IMG/VR virus record: IMGVR_UViG_3300011008_002712
From: a virus
Taxonomy: Duplodnaviria; Caudoviricetes
Strand: one strand, 5' to 3'
Length of the DNA stretch: 64,000 nucleotides
Shown here: positions 1-9,804 of the stretch, piece after piece
Layout: each line of letters starts with the position of its first letter
Numbering within the stretch: position 1 is the first letter of the stretch
Translations under genes and position numbers: made by a program
The notes under the pieces: model-generated
What the model was told of the DNA's origin: nothing
Seen by the model: only the letters and a program-made list of their open reading frames with translations
The model's database searches: none

Positions 1-2020
1 ACATTGAATCATATGAATATTTTTCCTTTAATGTAAGATTTCCAAATTCATCAGTCTCAAAAGTTGTTAATAAATTTTCGTCTTCATCAAATGACATTGG
101 CATTATTGATGATGTATCTAAAACTTCCCAATAATCGTTGGATGTGCAATATTGCGCTGGCATTACATCGCCTTCATCATCAACTTCCCACATATTGTCA
201 GTTTCAACATCATCTTTAGGCATAAGATTGCGCATATCGTCCATTTGCCAGACATAGTTTGAATTATCAGAATATATTCTGTTTAATGAACGTTCTAGAG
301 AATCTAGTCTTTCAGCTGTAGATTCGTCTCCAGGATTAAATATTAAATAATTTCTTCTAACATAGCCAATTTTTCTTATTACTATATCATCATCCACTGG
401 TTTGCCGTATATAATATCGCCTTGTTTTCCAACATATGCGTCTGCGCCATCGTAGTAATTTTCTCCAATGTTAAACGCGCCCAATGTCATAACAGACATA
501 ACTTTATTTTCACTATTTTCAAGAGCAATAGCTAAATTTTTTGAAGAATTTTTAGATGAATTATCAGCAAGAACATACCCATCAGAATGGTATGATAATA
601 GTTGACCTGCTTGGCATTCCATTTCTTCATTATGAAGCTTTTCAGTAGAAACTCTTTTAACATAATCATCTGGATTGAGAAAATCTCCTGGCAACAGATT
701 TCCGCCAGAATCTTCACTTGGCTCAACATTTTCTATCCAAATTTTACCACCTGGAATATACATATTTTCCGTTGCCATTAATGTCTTGCTAATCAATGAA
801 TCGTTAGTTATAGATACACTTGAAATGTATAATTTGTTGTTTTTATTAATGACAACTCTATAAGATTCATCCAATTCTGCTGGAGAAATTTCAATTGTTT
901 CTGCTTCTCCAGATGGATTTTTTGAAGAAGCATAATTGTGAGTGTGACGAGCAACAGCATCGGACGTAATTAAACTATTACTTCCAACAGTTCCTCCAAC
1001 TGTTTTATCAACAGTATATTCTATTGCATCATTTGGAATATATCCATTGATTGTCTTATTCAACAAATCTTGTCTTTCGTTTAAAGTTACTACCTGATCA
1101 TTATTTGAATATAAATGATTTTCTTTTGCATAAACGCCAGATTGACTATATGTCGTTGCATATCTATTTTGAGAAGATGCACCAACAACATATATTTTTC
1201 TTGCATCTTGTGTAGCAGAAATAGAATTATTTGTTCCAAGATTTGATGGAAGTTGAACTACTCTGTTTTGAATACGAGTAATTATACCAGTAGCGTTAAC
1301 AGTTATAGATGGGACAATAATACTTCCATCTAACGGCAATGTATAATTTGACGCCTCACCATATTCTCCTGGAGAAACATTTTGTTCTTGTAAAGATGTT
1401 ATTATATTGATGTCATTGTTTCCAGAAAAATTAGCACTACCTCTCACATCTCCACTTAAAGAAATATTTGGAGAATGACTTAATGATTCAGCAGCTGCAG
1501 CTTCACCATCTAAATATCCATGAAATACATCTGCATATAAATCATTTTCTTCCATATATATTTGTGGATTTCTCTTTACGTTATTTATATGCGATTGATC
1601 GGTTCCAAGTAATGATAATTTATTTACTGGATCATCAACTATATTTACTTCAGCAGCTGGACCAGCAGGTTTAGAAGAACCAGCATAATTATGCGTATGA
1701 TTTTGCAAAAGCAATTCTAAATCAGATACGTCTTTCAATAATTTGTTTACTGCTTTTACAACATCGTCTGACGTGCTTATTGTAGAAGAAGATGCACCTT
1801 CTCCGATGACAGCTCTTATTTGATTAACTCTTTTTGTCAATTCTTCAATTTGAATATCAGTATCATCTTTCACGGAAGATAAATAATTGCTTAAATTATT
1901 TAAAGCATTATTCAAATATCTAGTTCTATTTGCCAATTGAAGATTAGCAACATCGTTATTGTCATCTACTCTAGATATTGCTGGTGAATAAATATTATCT
2001 TCTACTAAATATCCTGTCAT
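1..2020 (-). CDS. Tail fibre / receptor-binding-like virion protein (partial, runs off left edge)
   Basis: Not in the ORF track because no stop lies in the window. ATG at 2020 overlaps the TAA of the upstream ORF (TAATG). I translated the start, part of the middle and the end by hand: MTGYLVEDNIYSPAISRVDDNNDVANLQLANRTRYL... carries the tail-fibre N-terminal QLANRTxYL motif, and there are two HTHNYA(G/S)S motifs (~1700 and ~945). Confidence 0.7.
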   Translation of the reverse strand, partial: MTGYLVEDNIYSPAISRVDDNNDVANLQLANRTRYLNNALNNLSNYLSSVKDDTDIQIEELTKRVNQIRAVIGEGASSSTISTSDDVVKAVNKLLKDVSDLELLLQNHTHNYAGSSKPAGPAAEVNIVDDPVNKLSLLGTDQSHINNVKRNPQIYMEENDLYADVFHGYLDGEAAAAESLSHSPNISLSGDVRGSANFSGNNDINIITSLQEQNVSPGEYGEASNYTLPLDGSIIVPSITVNATGIITRIQNRVVQLPSNLGTNNSISATQDARKIYVVGASSQNRYATTYSQSGVYAKENHLYSNNDQVVTLNERQDLLNKTINGYIPNDAIEYTVDKTVGGTVGSNSLITSDAVARHTHNYASSKNPSGEAETIEISPAELDESYRVVINKNNKLYISSVSITNDSLISKTLMATENMYIPGGKIWIENVEPSEDSGGNLLPGDFLNPDDYVKRVSTEKLHNEEMECQAGQLLSYHSDGYVLADNSSKNSSKNLAIALENSENKVMSVMTLGAFNIGENYYDGADAYVGKQGDIIYGKPVDDDIVIRKIGYVRRNYLIFNPGDESTAERLDSLERSLNRIYSDNSNYVWQMDDMRNLMPKDDVETDNMWEVDDEGDVMPAQYCTSNDYWEVLDTSSIMPMSFDEDENLLTTFETDEFGNLTLKEKYSYDSM

Positions 2021-3990
2021 TAAGTCTCACCTGCCTTTTTATCAAAATTTTCTTCTAAATCTCCTTTCTCATAAGGATTTATTTTAACATTCATATAATA
2101 ATATCTTTCAGGAGCATATTTGTGTTTTCCATCATGACGTATTTTTTTATTATATGAATATTCGTTTTTAATAATCAATTTTTCGTCATATGTAAAATTA
2201 TTTGTATGTTTATCAATTATTTTGTGTGCTTTAATAGAAATATTATCTAAAAACGCACAAGTCCAATCTATTTTAGAATGTTTCATGACTTCCCATCTAA
2301 TTAAAGCATAATCTTGATTCATATATGTTTGCTCAAAATGATACCAATTAGATGAACTATTTTTTACTTTATGTCCAAGCTTAAAATCATAAAACATATT
2401 TAATCTATCTTTTGATGTTTTTGCTAAAAATTTATAATCATATTTTAATGTAAAACATTCTGGAATATCATTTTCATGTATCAATAATACTCCAACATCA
2501 TGATAATTTAAATGATCACATACCCACACTGTATCTCTATTAAACTGAAATCTTATTTCTTCTTTATTAAACAAATCGTATCTATAAAAATCTTTATGCA
2601 AATGCCATAAATTTATATCATAAAAATCTGATGGCGATTTATAAAATTTTTCATCTTCATAGTATGGACCAATTAAAGATATGTTTTGATATTCTATCCT
2701 AATATCTTCATCACAAAAATCATATGTAGGAAAAATAGCAAATACCCACGATGAATTGCTTGCTAAATTTTCTATATCTATAACATATTCTTCCACGCTA
2801 TTATATGGCTCAAATGTTATAATTTTATATGTATCATCAACATCTGTAATATATTTATCATCCTGTTTAAAATACAATTTTAATTCTTTTATATTGTTCG
2901 GCCACTGAAGATTAAAAGATATATGCATTTTTCTTTTTCCAGGCTCAAATTTCAAATTATATATATCATCTTTATAAAAAGGTTTATATTGAATAATTTT
3001 TACATCTGAATTTTTATTCCAAAAATATTTATCTGGATAATCTTTGTGATCATTATCTTTATCTTGTTTAAATTTTTTAGAACGAATATATGGTTTTAAA
3101 AAATATTGTCTTTCATCTGGAAAGAAAAAACGATTGTCTTTATCAAAGTATAGATCTTCGTGCCAATATGAAATAGATGGAACGTGATCATGATTAACTT
3201 TAAAAATTACTTTTCCAAAATTATCATCATTTATATCATACTTTGCATATAAATAATCTATTGTTTTAAAGTCATTATCATTATTTTCTAAATATCTATG
3301 TATTCTATATTCAAAGTTTATATCTTTTGGAGTATGATCTAGAACTGGAATATAAACATCTATACAATCTATCATCAGAACCTCATCTAGAAGCCCAATA
3401 TATTGAATCATATATGTATATATTCTTCCATCATCTAAATCATTGTCGTAAAGTTCTAGTGACTTAGTTTCAGCTAATAATTCAAAATCTGAAATATCAT
3501 TTTTTTTATATATCTTAAAATAATGATCGAAATCAAATTTTATGTCTTTCCAAGATAATGTTTTTGTATCTAAATTGTAAGTCAAGTTTGAAGAGAGATC
3601 TGATTGAAATTTTGTATCATATATGTCATGTTTTCTGCTTCCGCAATTCTTGCACCATCTTCCAAAAATTAATGTTGGAGACATTGCGTTATAAGTATTG
3701 TATACTACAGATTCTTCTCCAATCTTATGCAAAGCCTTTTTATATATATCATCATTATAACTTAAATATTGACCAAGCAATTTATATTTTGTTTTTAAAT
3801 TATTACTTTCTAAAACGTTATTCAAATGATAACCATTTACCAGCAACGATTCTAACCTTTTAATTCCTTCTTGGTCTGAAAATGATTTAAGGTTATTGAA
3901 TTGCTCATCTAGTACCTTGCATATTTCACAATTTGGATTTGATTCGTATTTATTTTTACTAATTTCTAATACGTGTTTTGACAATTTCAT
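2020..3990 (-). CDS. Hypothetical 656-aa protein, probably virion/tail-associated
   Basis: Long ORF with RBS (AAGGGAG), translationally coupled to the tail-fibre gene; no motif recognised. Confidence 0.55.
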   Translation of the reverse strand: MKLSKHVLEISKNKYESNPNCEICKVLDEQFNNLKSFSDQEGIKRLESLLVNGYHLNNVLESNNLKTKYKLLGQYLSYNDDIYKKALHKIGEESVVYNTYNAMSPTLIFGRWCKNCGSRKHDIYDTKFQSDLSSNLTYNLDTKTLSWKDIKFDFDHYFKIYKKNDISDFELLAETKSLELYDNDLDDGRIYTYMIQYIGLLDEVLMIDCIDVYIPVLDHTPKDINFEYRIHRYLENNDNDFKTIDYLYAKYDINDDNFGKVIFKVNHDHVPSISYWHEDLYFDKDNRFFFPDERQYFLKPYIRSKKFKQDKDNDHKDYPDKYFWNKNSDVKIIQYKPFYKDDIYNLKFEPGKRKMHISFNLQWPNNIKELKLYFKQDDKYITDVDDTYKIITFEPYNSVEEYVIDIENLASNSSWVFAIFPTYDFCDEDIRIEYQNISLIGPYYEDEKFYKSPSDFYDINLWHLHKDFYRYDLFNKEEIRFQFNRDTVWVCDHLNYHDVGVLLIHENDIPECFTLKYDYKFLAKTSKDRLNMFYDFKLGHKVKNSSSNWYHFEQTYMNQDYALIRWEVMKHSKIDWTCAFLDNISIKAHKIIDKHTNNFTYDEKLIIKNEYSYNKKIRHDGKHKYAPERYYYMNVKINPYEKGDLEENFDKKAGET

Positions 3991-4184
3991 TTCCTCCCTT
4001 CTATAAACAAATAAATTAGAAAGAAAAAAAAAGACTACACTGCATAATGCAAATACATAAAAAATTTGTAATGCATAGAGAAGATTTTTAACAATAATTG
4101 AAATTTTTCAGCTCATTAGTTTATTTTTTTATAGAGCGACATATTTATGCATAAAATTATATATACTTAAGGAGCGATCGCTAA

Positions 4185-4874
4185 ATGAGTTACAAATTAT
4201 TTGTAGATTCAAATGGCGTCGTATATAACGGCGCTGGCAATCAGGTTTCTGCGAGTTGGTCTAGTTTATCTGACACTCAAAAAGAAACGTTATTTTTAAA
4301 TTCTGGAAGTACAGATACTTCTTTTTCTGGACTGTCTAGCCTTGGAACGGTAAAATGTTATACATATTCTACATTTTCAGAAGCTACTCACACGTGTTCT
4401 TTAGATGTTGTTCCGTATGATCAGACAGTTCTTCCACATGGACTAATTGATTTAAGTTCTTATACAGCACTTAAATCTGTCAATATAGTATATTCATTAA
4501 GTGGTTCTGGAGCTGTAAAAATTGCAGTAACTCCAGATTTAACAAATTATTACGTATTTAATACGTCAACTAACACATGGGAAACTATTAATATTTCAAA
4601 TCTTAACAGTAATGGTATGAATGTATCACAAATTTCAAGCATTGGTGACTGGTCTATATTTGATGAAGCAAAAAAAATAGGATTTGCTTATGGACTGTCA
4701 ATTGATAGTATAAACGATACATGTAAAGTAGATAGATTAGATATTACAGTTGACGCAAACGGAAGCTGGGCAAAAGCAACAGAAAGTCAAGCAACATATA
4801 AATATCAAGGTAATACAACATTGGTCGTAAGTCTTATGGCTAATGGTGACTATAAAATCAATTATCAATCATAA
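4185..4874 (+). CDS. Putative virion structural protein (Ser/Thr-rich, beta-strand rich)
   Basis: AAGGAG RBS; composition typical of tail-associated beta proteins. Confidence 0.5.
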   Translation: MSYKLFVDSNGVVYNGAGNQVSASWSSLSDTQKETLFLNSGSTDTSFSGLSSLGTVKCYTYSTFSEATHTCSLDVVPYDQTVLPHGLIDLSSYTALKSVNIVYSLSGSGAVKIAVTPDLTNYYVFNTSTNTWETINISNLNSNGMNVSQISSIGDWSIFDEAKKIGFAYGLSIDSINDTCKVDRLDITVDANGSWAKATESQATYKYQGNTTLVVSLMANGDYKINYQS

Positions 4875-4876
4875 AA

Positions 4877-4910
4877 ATAAGTAGTTGGTAAAAATTTACC
4901 AACTACTTAT
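4877..4910. terminator. Bidirectional hairpin terminator between convergent genes
   Basis: ATAAGTAGTTGGTAAA / TTTACCAACTACTTAT inverted repeat. Confidence 0.7.
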
Positions 4911-5200
4911 TTGATATATACATCTATTTGATTTTTTCTAAAAAAGTCAGTATATTCCATGTTGCTGTATCGTTCTTTTATTTTGTATTCTATGTCACAT
5001 ATAGTATTTTGATTTAATACACACCATAACGATTCATATAAAACGTCTTGTGCTATATCAAAAATCCAACAAATGTTGGAATAATCCTTGTCGCTGACTT
5101 CATTAACTTCTAAAGTCAAAGTTGATTTATCACTAATCAAAAAAATGTCAAAATTATATACATCAAAGTTTTTCATATCTTTAACTATCATTTTTATCAT
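4907..5200 (-). CDS. Hypothetical protein (last gene of TNSSSSS operon)
   Basis: 97-aa ORF starting 5 bp after the stop of 5206..5634. Confidence 0.55.
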   Translation of the reverse strand: MIKMIVKDMKNFDVYNFDIFLISDKSTLTLEVNEVSDKDYSNICWIFDIAQDVLYESLWCVLNQNTICDIEYKIKERYSNMEYTDFFRKNQIDVYIK

Positions 5201-5205
5201 AACTA

Positions 5206-5634
5206 CTAATGGTGAGACATATAAAAAATATGCTCCATTTTTTTAAACGCACCTCCCCTATCCATTAATTGATCAAATCTTCCATTTTCTGAATAAAATT
5301 CACATGTTTGATATAGTTGTTTGTTTAATGTTCTAGCTGAAACCAATTCACTAGCGTATTTTCTGCTAATTTTTTTCAATTCATTTCTTGTTAGATTGCG
5401 CCCATCTTGGATTTCATAAAAAATGTCATACATAAGTTCGTCTATTAAAGATTCTTGAGAGATTTTTCTTGATTCTGTTTTTAATGTTTTAAGTAATTCT
5501 TCTGCATACGGTTTTACATCTTCACTCAACCATTCAGTAAGTTCATCTTGCGTTAATTCACTAATATCATTTTCTAACGCCAATACATAGCTTGATGAAG
5601 ATGAATTTGTAACGAAGTCATTTCTTATTTTCAT
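5206..5634 (-). CDS. TNSSSSS-tag protein A
   Basis: Starts MKIRNDFVTNSSSSSYV; ends ...FYMSHH. Confidence 0.85.
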   Translation of the reverse strand: MKIRNDFVTNSSSSSYVLALENDISELTQDELTEWLSEDVKPYAEELLKTLKTESRKISQESLIDELMYDIFYEIQDGRNLTRNELKKISRKYASELVSARTLNKQLYQTCEFYSENGRFDQLMDRGGAFKKMEHIFYMSHH

Positions 5635-5636
5635 TT

Positions 5637-6107
5637 TTAATGTCCTTCTACCAAAATAATGTTAGAATCTTTAGTATGTTCTCTTATTTCTTCTTGATAT
5701 TCACAATAAGGAATAAACACAATTGAATTCCCGCCATTTACTTCATTTTTTATTTTTTTGAATAGTTTATTATCGAAAAATAGTGATATGTCATAGCAAT
5801 CGATAAAAATTTCGCGCTGCATCAAAAGAAATAATTTTATTTGTGCGTAATTCATCTTTAAAGAATCAAGAAAACATACAAACTCAGAATAATCTTCAAG
5901 TTCATATGGTTCGGCATCATAAAACATGTTATAAATGTAATTTATATAGTCGCTTTGTGAAATTATTTTATCTTTATTTTTATTTACATATACATCAAAA
6001 CGATTCCTGTGAATAGAATCAAGAAAAACATTTATTTCTTCATCATTAAATGATAAAACATAGCTAGACGACGATGAATTTGTCACAAAATCATTTCTAA
6101 TTTTCAT
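5637..6107 (-). CDS. TNSSSSS-tag protein B
   Basis: Starts MKIRNDFVTNSSSSSYV; GAGGT RBS; ends ...ILVEGH. Confidence 0.85.
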   Translation of the reverse strand: MKIRNDFVTNSSSSSYVLSFNDEEINVFLDSIHRNRFDVYVNKNKDKIISQSDYINYIYNMFYDAEPYELEDYSEFVCFLDSLKMNYAQIKLFLLMQREIFIDCYDISLFFDNKLFKKIKNEVNGGNSIVFIPYCEYQEEIREHTKDSNIILVEGH

Positions 6108-6129
6108 ATCGCTACCTCTTAAATCTATT

Positions 6130-6570
6130 CTAGTAATTATTTTCTTCTAAGATAACTCCACTATGTTTAGATATTGCATATCTAACATCGGGATTGTAAT
6201 TATTGTCAACAGTGATACTATAAACAAATTTATCATTATTTAATTGTTCTTTAATTTTTTCATAACTCGAATAACTGATGTTATCAGAGATTATCGTAAT
6301 ATCACCGCTTAGAAGTAACAAAAACATCATTTGTTGCCTTGTCATTTTTAATTCTTTTGCAAATTTAATGGAATCCAAATCACTATTGTTATTGACAAAC
6401 TCTTCAAATGTTTCCCAATCATGTTCTATATTATAGATAAAATCGAAATAATCTTCTATTGATCTAAGTTCAACATGATGAAAATCAAATGTATCATCTA
6501 TTGGGTCATCAAAAGCAACTATAAACGATGAACTAGATGAATTAGTTATAAAATCTGAGCGTAATTTCAT
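6130..6570 (-). CDS. TNSSSSS-tag protein C
   Basis: Starts MKLRSDFITNSSSSSFI; GGAGG RBS. Confidence 0.85.
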   Translation of the reverse strand: MKLRSDFITNSSSSSFIVAFDDPIDDTFDFHHVELRSIEDYFDFIYNIEHDWETFEEFVNNNSDLDSIKFAKELKMTRQQMMFLLLLSGDITIISDNISYSSYEKIKEQLNNDKFVYSITVDNNYNPDVRYAISKHSGVILEENNY

Positions 6571-6609
6571 TTTAATAAAATCCTCCGATTTAAAAATTTT
6601 ATTATGAAA

Positions 6610-7752
6610 TCATTTTCTGTTAATGGAATTACACAAAACTATTTTATTTTTTATGGGGCAACCACCCATACAATTTTCTCTTTTAGTGCATTGAGGACAT
6701 GCGTTTCTCATATGATTTCTAAAATTGTCGAAAACGTCTGAATCCCATGCTTCTTGTATAGAGTTATTTCTAAGAGAAATCCCCCATTTTAATCCTTGGT
6801 CAAAACTGCAAGGAACCATTGTCATATTTGCTGATATATAAGCGCTATATCTTCCACCTTCGCACGTATCTATAGAATTGAAATCAATATTTTTAGAAAA
6901 ATTTAATACTGCTGGAACAGAGCAAGAATCAAATCCTATTTTGAATGGATGCTTTTTAGATGTCACCAAATCAAAAAATTGTTTGATTTTATTGTCATCT
7001 TCTTCAAGCGTCAACATATTTTCTATCTTACCGAGTCCAACTGGCTTATATAACAAGAAAATAATAGCATTTACTTTATTCTCTTCAAAGTTTCTTGTTT
7101 GTTCTTTATTGTTGCTATCAACAAACGTCAATTCATGTTTTTCCAATAAACCGATAGCTTCATCAATTGTTTCTTTTGACAAAACATAATGAATATTAGT
7201 TTTGCATCCGGCATGAATAAATTTATCCAATGCATCCACAGTGAATTGTTGTGCATACCAAGAAACAGCAACGGCACCACAGTACTTTTTTGTTACTTCT
7301 ACAGCATGATCAGTTAATTCAATTCCAGCTGTAGTATAATTAGGCACTATTCCATTCTCTCTAGTATATTTGCATATTTCTTCAAAATATTGATGATCGT
7401 TTGGATTGCCAGCTCCTCCTAATGCAATTTGCATTAATCCATGCTTTGCACCTTCATCTACTATCTTCTTATAATCCTCCAACTTCATATCATTGTCTGG
7501 ATTATATGGTCTTGCGCCCTGATAGCAGCCAGATCTTTTTCCACCAGCTTTACAAATTCCTTTAGAAGCTGCCTTGCATCCGCCCATAATACCAACATCC
7601 AACAATCCTGGAAACGAACGCATAAATGGATCAACATTCGTATCTTTTCCATTTTCTATAATGCCGGTTCTCATATATTTTCCAGAATTTCTGTCAAAAA
7701 TTTCCAAGAATTTATTTTTTTTATCAACAAATTTAACAATATCATTTTTCAT
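6610..7752 (-). CDS. Radical SAM/SPASM-domain protein with expanded Cys motif
   Basis: C-X7-C-X8-C-YQ, IALGGAGNP (GGE-like), NYTT, and SPASM cysteines CEGG...VPCSF...CPQC...CMGGCP. Confidence 0.85.
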   Translation of the reverse strand: MKNDIVKFVDKKNKFLEIFDRNSGKYMRTGIIENGKDTNVDPFMRSFPGLLDVGIMGGCKAASKGICKAGGKRSGCYQGARPYNPDNDMKLEDYKKIVDEGAKHGLMQIALGGAGNPNDHQYFEEICKYTRENGIVPNYTTAGIELTDHAVEVTKKYCGAVAVSWYAQQFTVDALDKFIHAGCKTNIHYVLSKETIDEAIGLLEKHELTFVDSNNKEQTRNFEENKVNAIIFLLYKPVGLGKIENMLTLEEDDNKIKQFFDLVTSKKHPFKIGFDSCSVPAVLNFSKNIDFNSIDTCEGGRYSAYISANMTMVPCSFDQGLKWGISLRNNSIQEAWDSDVFDNFRNHMRNACPQCTKRENCMGGCPIKNKIVLCNSINRK

Positions 7753-7776
7753 TCAGCATCATCCTTCCTTTTGTCT

Positions 7777-7808
7777 ATTTTATCACGCAAACAACAAAAT
7801 GTACATAG
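7777..7808 (-). promoter_or_regulatory. Sigma70-type promoter variant upstream of radical SAM gene
   Basis: Minus strand CTATGTACA-N17-TAAAAT; a one-mismatch variant of the genome-wide CTATTTACA motif. Confidence 0.55.
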
Positions 7809-7811
7809 CAT

Positions 7812-7855
7812 TAACAAAAATGTAAGAAAGATTTCGCTTTCTTACATTTTTGTTA
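7812..7855. terminator. Hairpin terminator after 7856..8332
   Basis: 19-bp perfect inverted repeat TAACAAAAATGTAAGAAAG / CTTTCTTACATTTTTGTTA. Confidence 0.7.
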
Positions 7856-8332
7856 TTACTTTAGATTCGCTTTATTCTTATTCAAAAAATCTTTGAATTC
7901 ATCAAAATCTTTGAATCTATTTAAAATTTCATTTTTTATCGTATCATCGCTTTTTTGCAATTCAATGTTTTTATACATTTCAATATCATCTGTTGATATT
8001 TGCACGAATGAACAAATTGGGCACAAGATAGGTGGAATTTCATATCTAATTTCATCATGAACTTCTTCAATTAGTTCTTCAGCTGTTCCTTCAAAATTTC
8101 TAATTTCATGCTTATCTACTTCGCAGCAATTTTCTAATTCTTTTTTTAATTCTTCTACATCAATGTTGTTAAAAGATATATGTTCATCGCAAAAAATACT
8201 TCCGCATTTATCGCATTCATTTAATCCAAAATCTCTAAAATCGACATCATAACCTGATTCTTCCCTGCCGCAGATATCGCACACATAACTTGATGATGAA
8301 GAATTTGTTACAAAATCATTTCTAATCTTCAT
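7856..8332 (-). CDS. TNSSSSS-tag protein D, Cys-rich (Zn-finger-like)
   Basis: MKIRNDFVTNSSSSSYVCDICG, then CDKC-x4-CDEH and CPIC. Confidence 0.85.
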   Translation of the reverse strand: MKIRNDFVTNSSSSSYVCDICGREESGYDVDFRDFGLNECDKCGSIFCDEHISFNNIDVEELKKELENCCEVDKHEIRNFEGTAEELIEEVHDEIRYEIPPILCPICSFVQISTDDIEMYKNIELQKSDDTIKNEILNRFKDFDEFKDFLNKNKANLK

Positions 8333-8432
8333 GAAGTAATTTCCTTTCTTTATTATTAATTACATTAAAATTATTTTCAATTTTTATTTTATCAAAGACA
8401 CGCATCAATATAAAAACTATTTTGCTAAACAA

Positions 8433-8570
8433 GTGAACGTACCACCGCCTCTATAGGCGTGGTTTCCTGCTTCAACGAGAACAGCACTGCTTCTCCGAAG
8501 AGTTGTGGCGACTTACACTCTCTCCGCAGGCGTAGATTCCCGTGCGACCCACGGTACTCTATGAGTTACA
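8433..8570 (-). ncRNA. Putative TnpB omega/reRNA scaffold (guide = flanking 8432 downward)
   Basis: GC-rich structured right-end segment ACCGTGGGTCGCACGGGAATCTACGCCTGCGGAG...GAAGCAGGAAACCAC...GTTCAC, typical of tnpB right ends; the 5' boundary is approximate. Confidence 0.65.
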
Positions 8571-9682
8571 TTAGGCGGTGGTTATGCGCCTAGCTTCCTC
8601 TCTAATATTTATTGCGGCGTTCTTATCTCTGTTGTGATGACCGCTACATTTTGGGCAATCCCATTCACGAACAGATAAGTCTTTAGTTTCGTTATTTTGA
8701 TAGCCGCAGATATGGCAAATCTGACTACTTGGGAACCATTTGTCTATCTTGACAAGCTGTTTCCCTTGCCATGCAAGTTTGTATTCCAATATGTTTGTGA
8801 ATATATTCCAACCATTATCAGCCACAGATTTGCCAAAACTGAACTTACCGCCTTTCTTGTGTTTAGCCATAGCTTTGACGCTAATATCCTCAATGCCTAT
8901 GGCATCATAACGGTCTACCAAGTAGCAGGCTTTTTTGTGCAGAAAGTCACGGCGTTGATTTGCGACCTTCTCATGAAGCGTTGCCACCCGAAGCCTCTGT
9001 TTATCTCGATTATGACTGCCTTTTTGTCTTTTGGACAACTTTCTTTGTGCCTTGGCTAATCTTTTCTCGGCTTTCCTCAAGAAATTTGGATAGTTCGCAT
9101 CATCCTCATCGGAAGCAACATACAAACCGTGCATAGTAAAGTCAAGTCCAAGAAAGTTCTTCGGTATTATGGGGAGTATTTGGTTTTCATACTCTACAAG
9201 AATACTGATGTAATATTTCTCTGATGGTGTCTTGCTTATGGTTACTGTCTTTATAGTGCTATTTTCCATCAGTGGACGGTGCAGACATAGCTTGACCCAA
9301 CCTATTTTAGGTAGCTTGATCTTGTTTTCTTTGATTCTTACAGTACCATTTTGGTTGTTCGTAGAATACGAAGCATGGCCTGTCTTCTTCGACTTGAAAC
9401 GCGGTTTGCCAAAATGCTTGCGATTCTTCCAGAAGTTGTTGTAAGCCTGATTTAGATTTAGTTGAGCATTGGCGAGAGCTAAACTATCTACTTCCTTCAG
9501 CCAAGGAAATTCAAATTTGTATTGTGCAGGGGTGTTGTTCAGTTTCTTGCCTGTCTCTTTGTAGTAGTCAATGCGGTCACTAAGCATCTTGTTATAGATG
9601 AATCTAACACAACCAAAAGTCTTAGCAAATATAATTCTTTGTTCAGTTGTTGGGTATAGTCTTATCTGTATGCCTTATTCAC
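8571..9682 (-). pseudogene. tnpB: RNA-guided endonuclease TnpB with 1-bp frameshift at codon 6
   Basis: GTG at 9682 with GAGAGGCGGTG RBS reads MNKAYR-stop; the shifted frame continues IRLYPTTEQRIIFAKTFGCVRFIYNKML. RuvC D (GLDF), E (GIED), D (NRDKNAA) and Zn ribbon CHIC/CPKC are intact. Confidence 0.85.
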
Positions 9683-9804
9683 TATAATCACCGCCTCTCA
9701 CATATAATTTTATCATAAATGAGTCACAAAGTAATTGTCTGACTCAATTACTTACGTAAATTTGCCAGGCCAACCTCTTATGTTGGGGATGAAGGTTGGT
9801 TGCG

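Larger units (their letters stand above)
8433..9804 (-). mobile_element. IS200/IS605-family (IS1341-like, tnpB-only) element
   Basis: GC-richer than flanks. Right end ...GTGGTACGTTCAC at 8433. Left end follows TTTAA (9809-9805, which includes the stop of 9805..10236) and has hairpins. No tnpA. Confidence 0.75.

Noticed and set aside
5206-8332. TNSSSSS tags as a DNA-level repeat or slippage microsatellite
   Set aside because: Synonymous codons differ throughout, including TCN/AGY switches, so conservation is at the protein level.
8412-8432. TnpB guide targeting the phage's own promoter repeats
   Set aside because: Only the distal AAATAGTTTTT matches; the TAM-proximal seed does not, and the guide is explained as the insertion-site flank.
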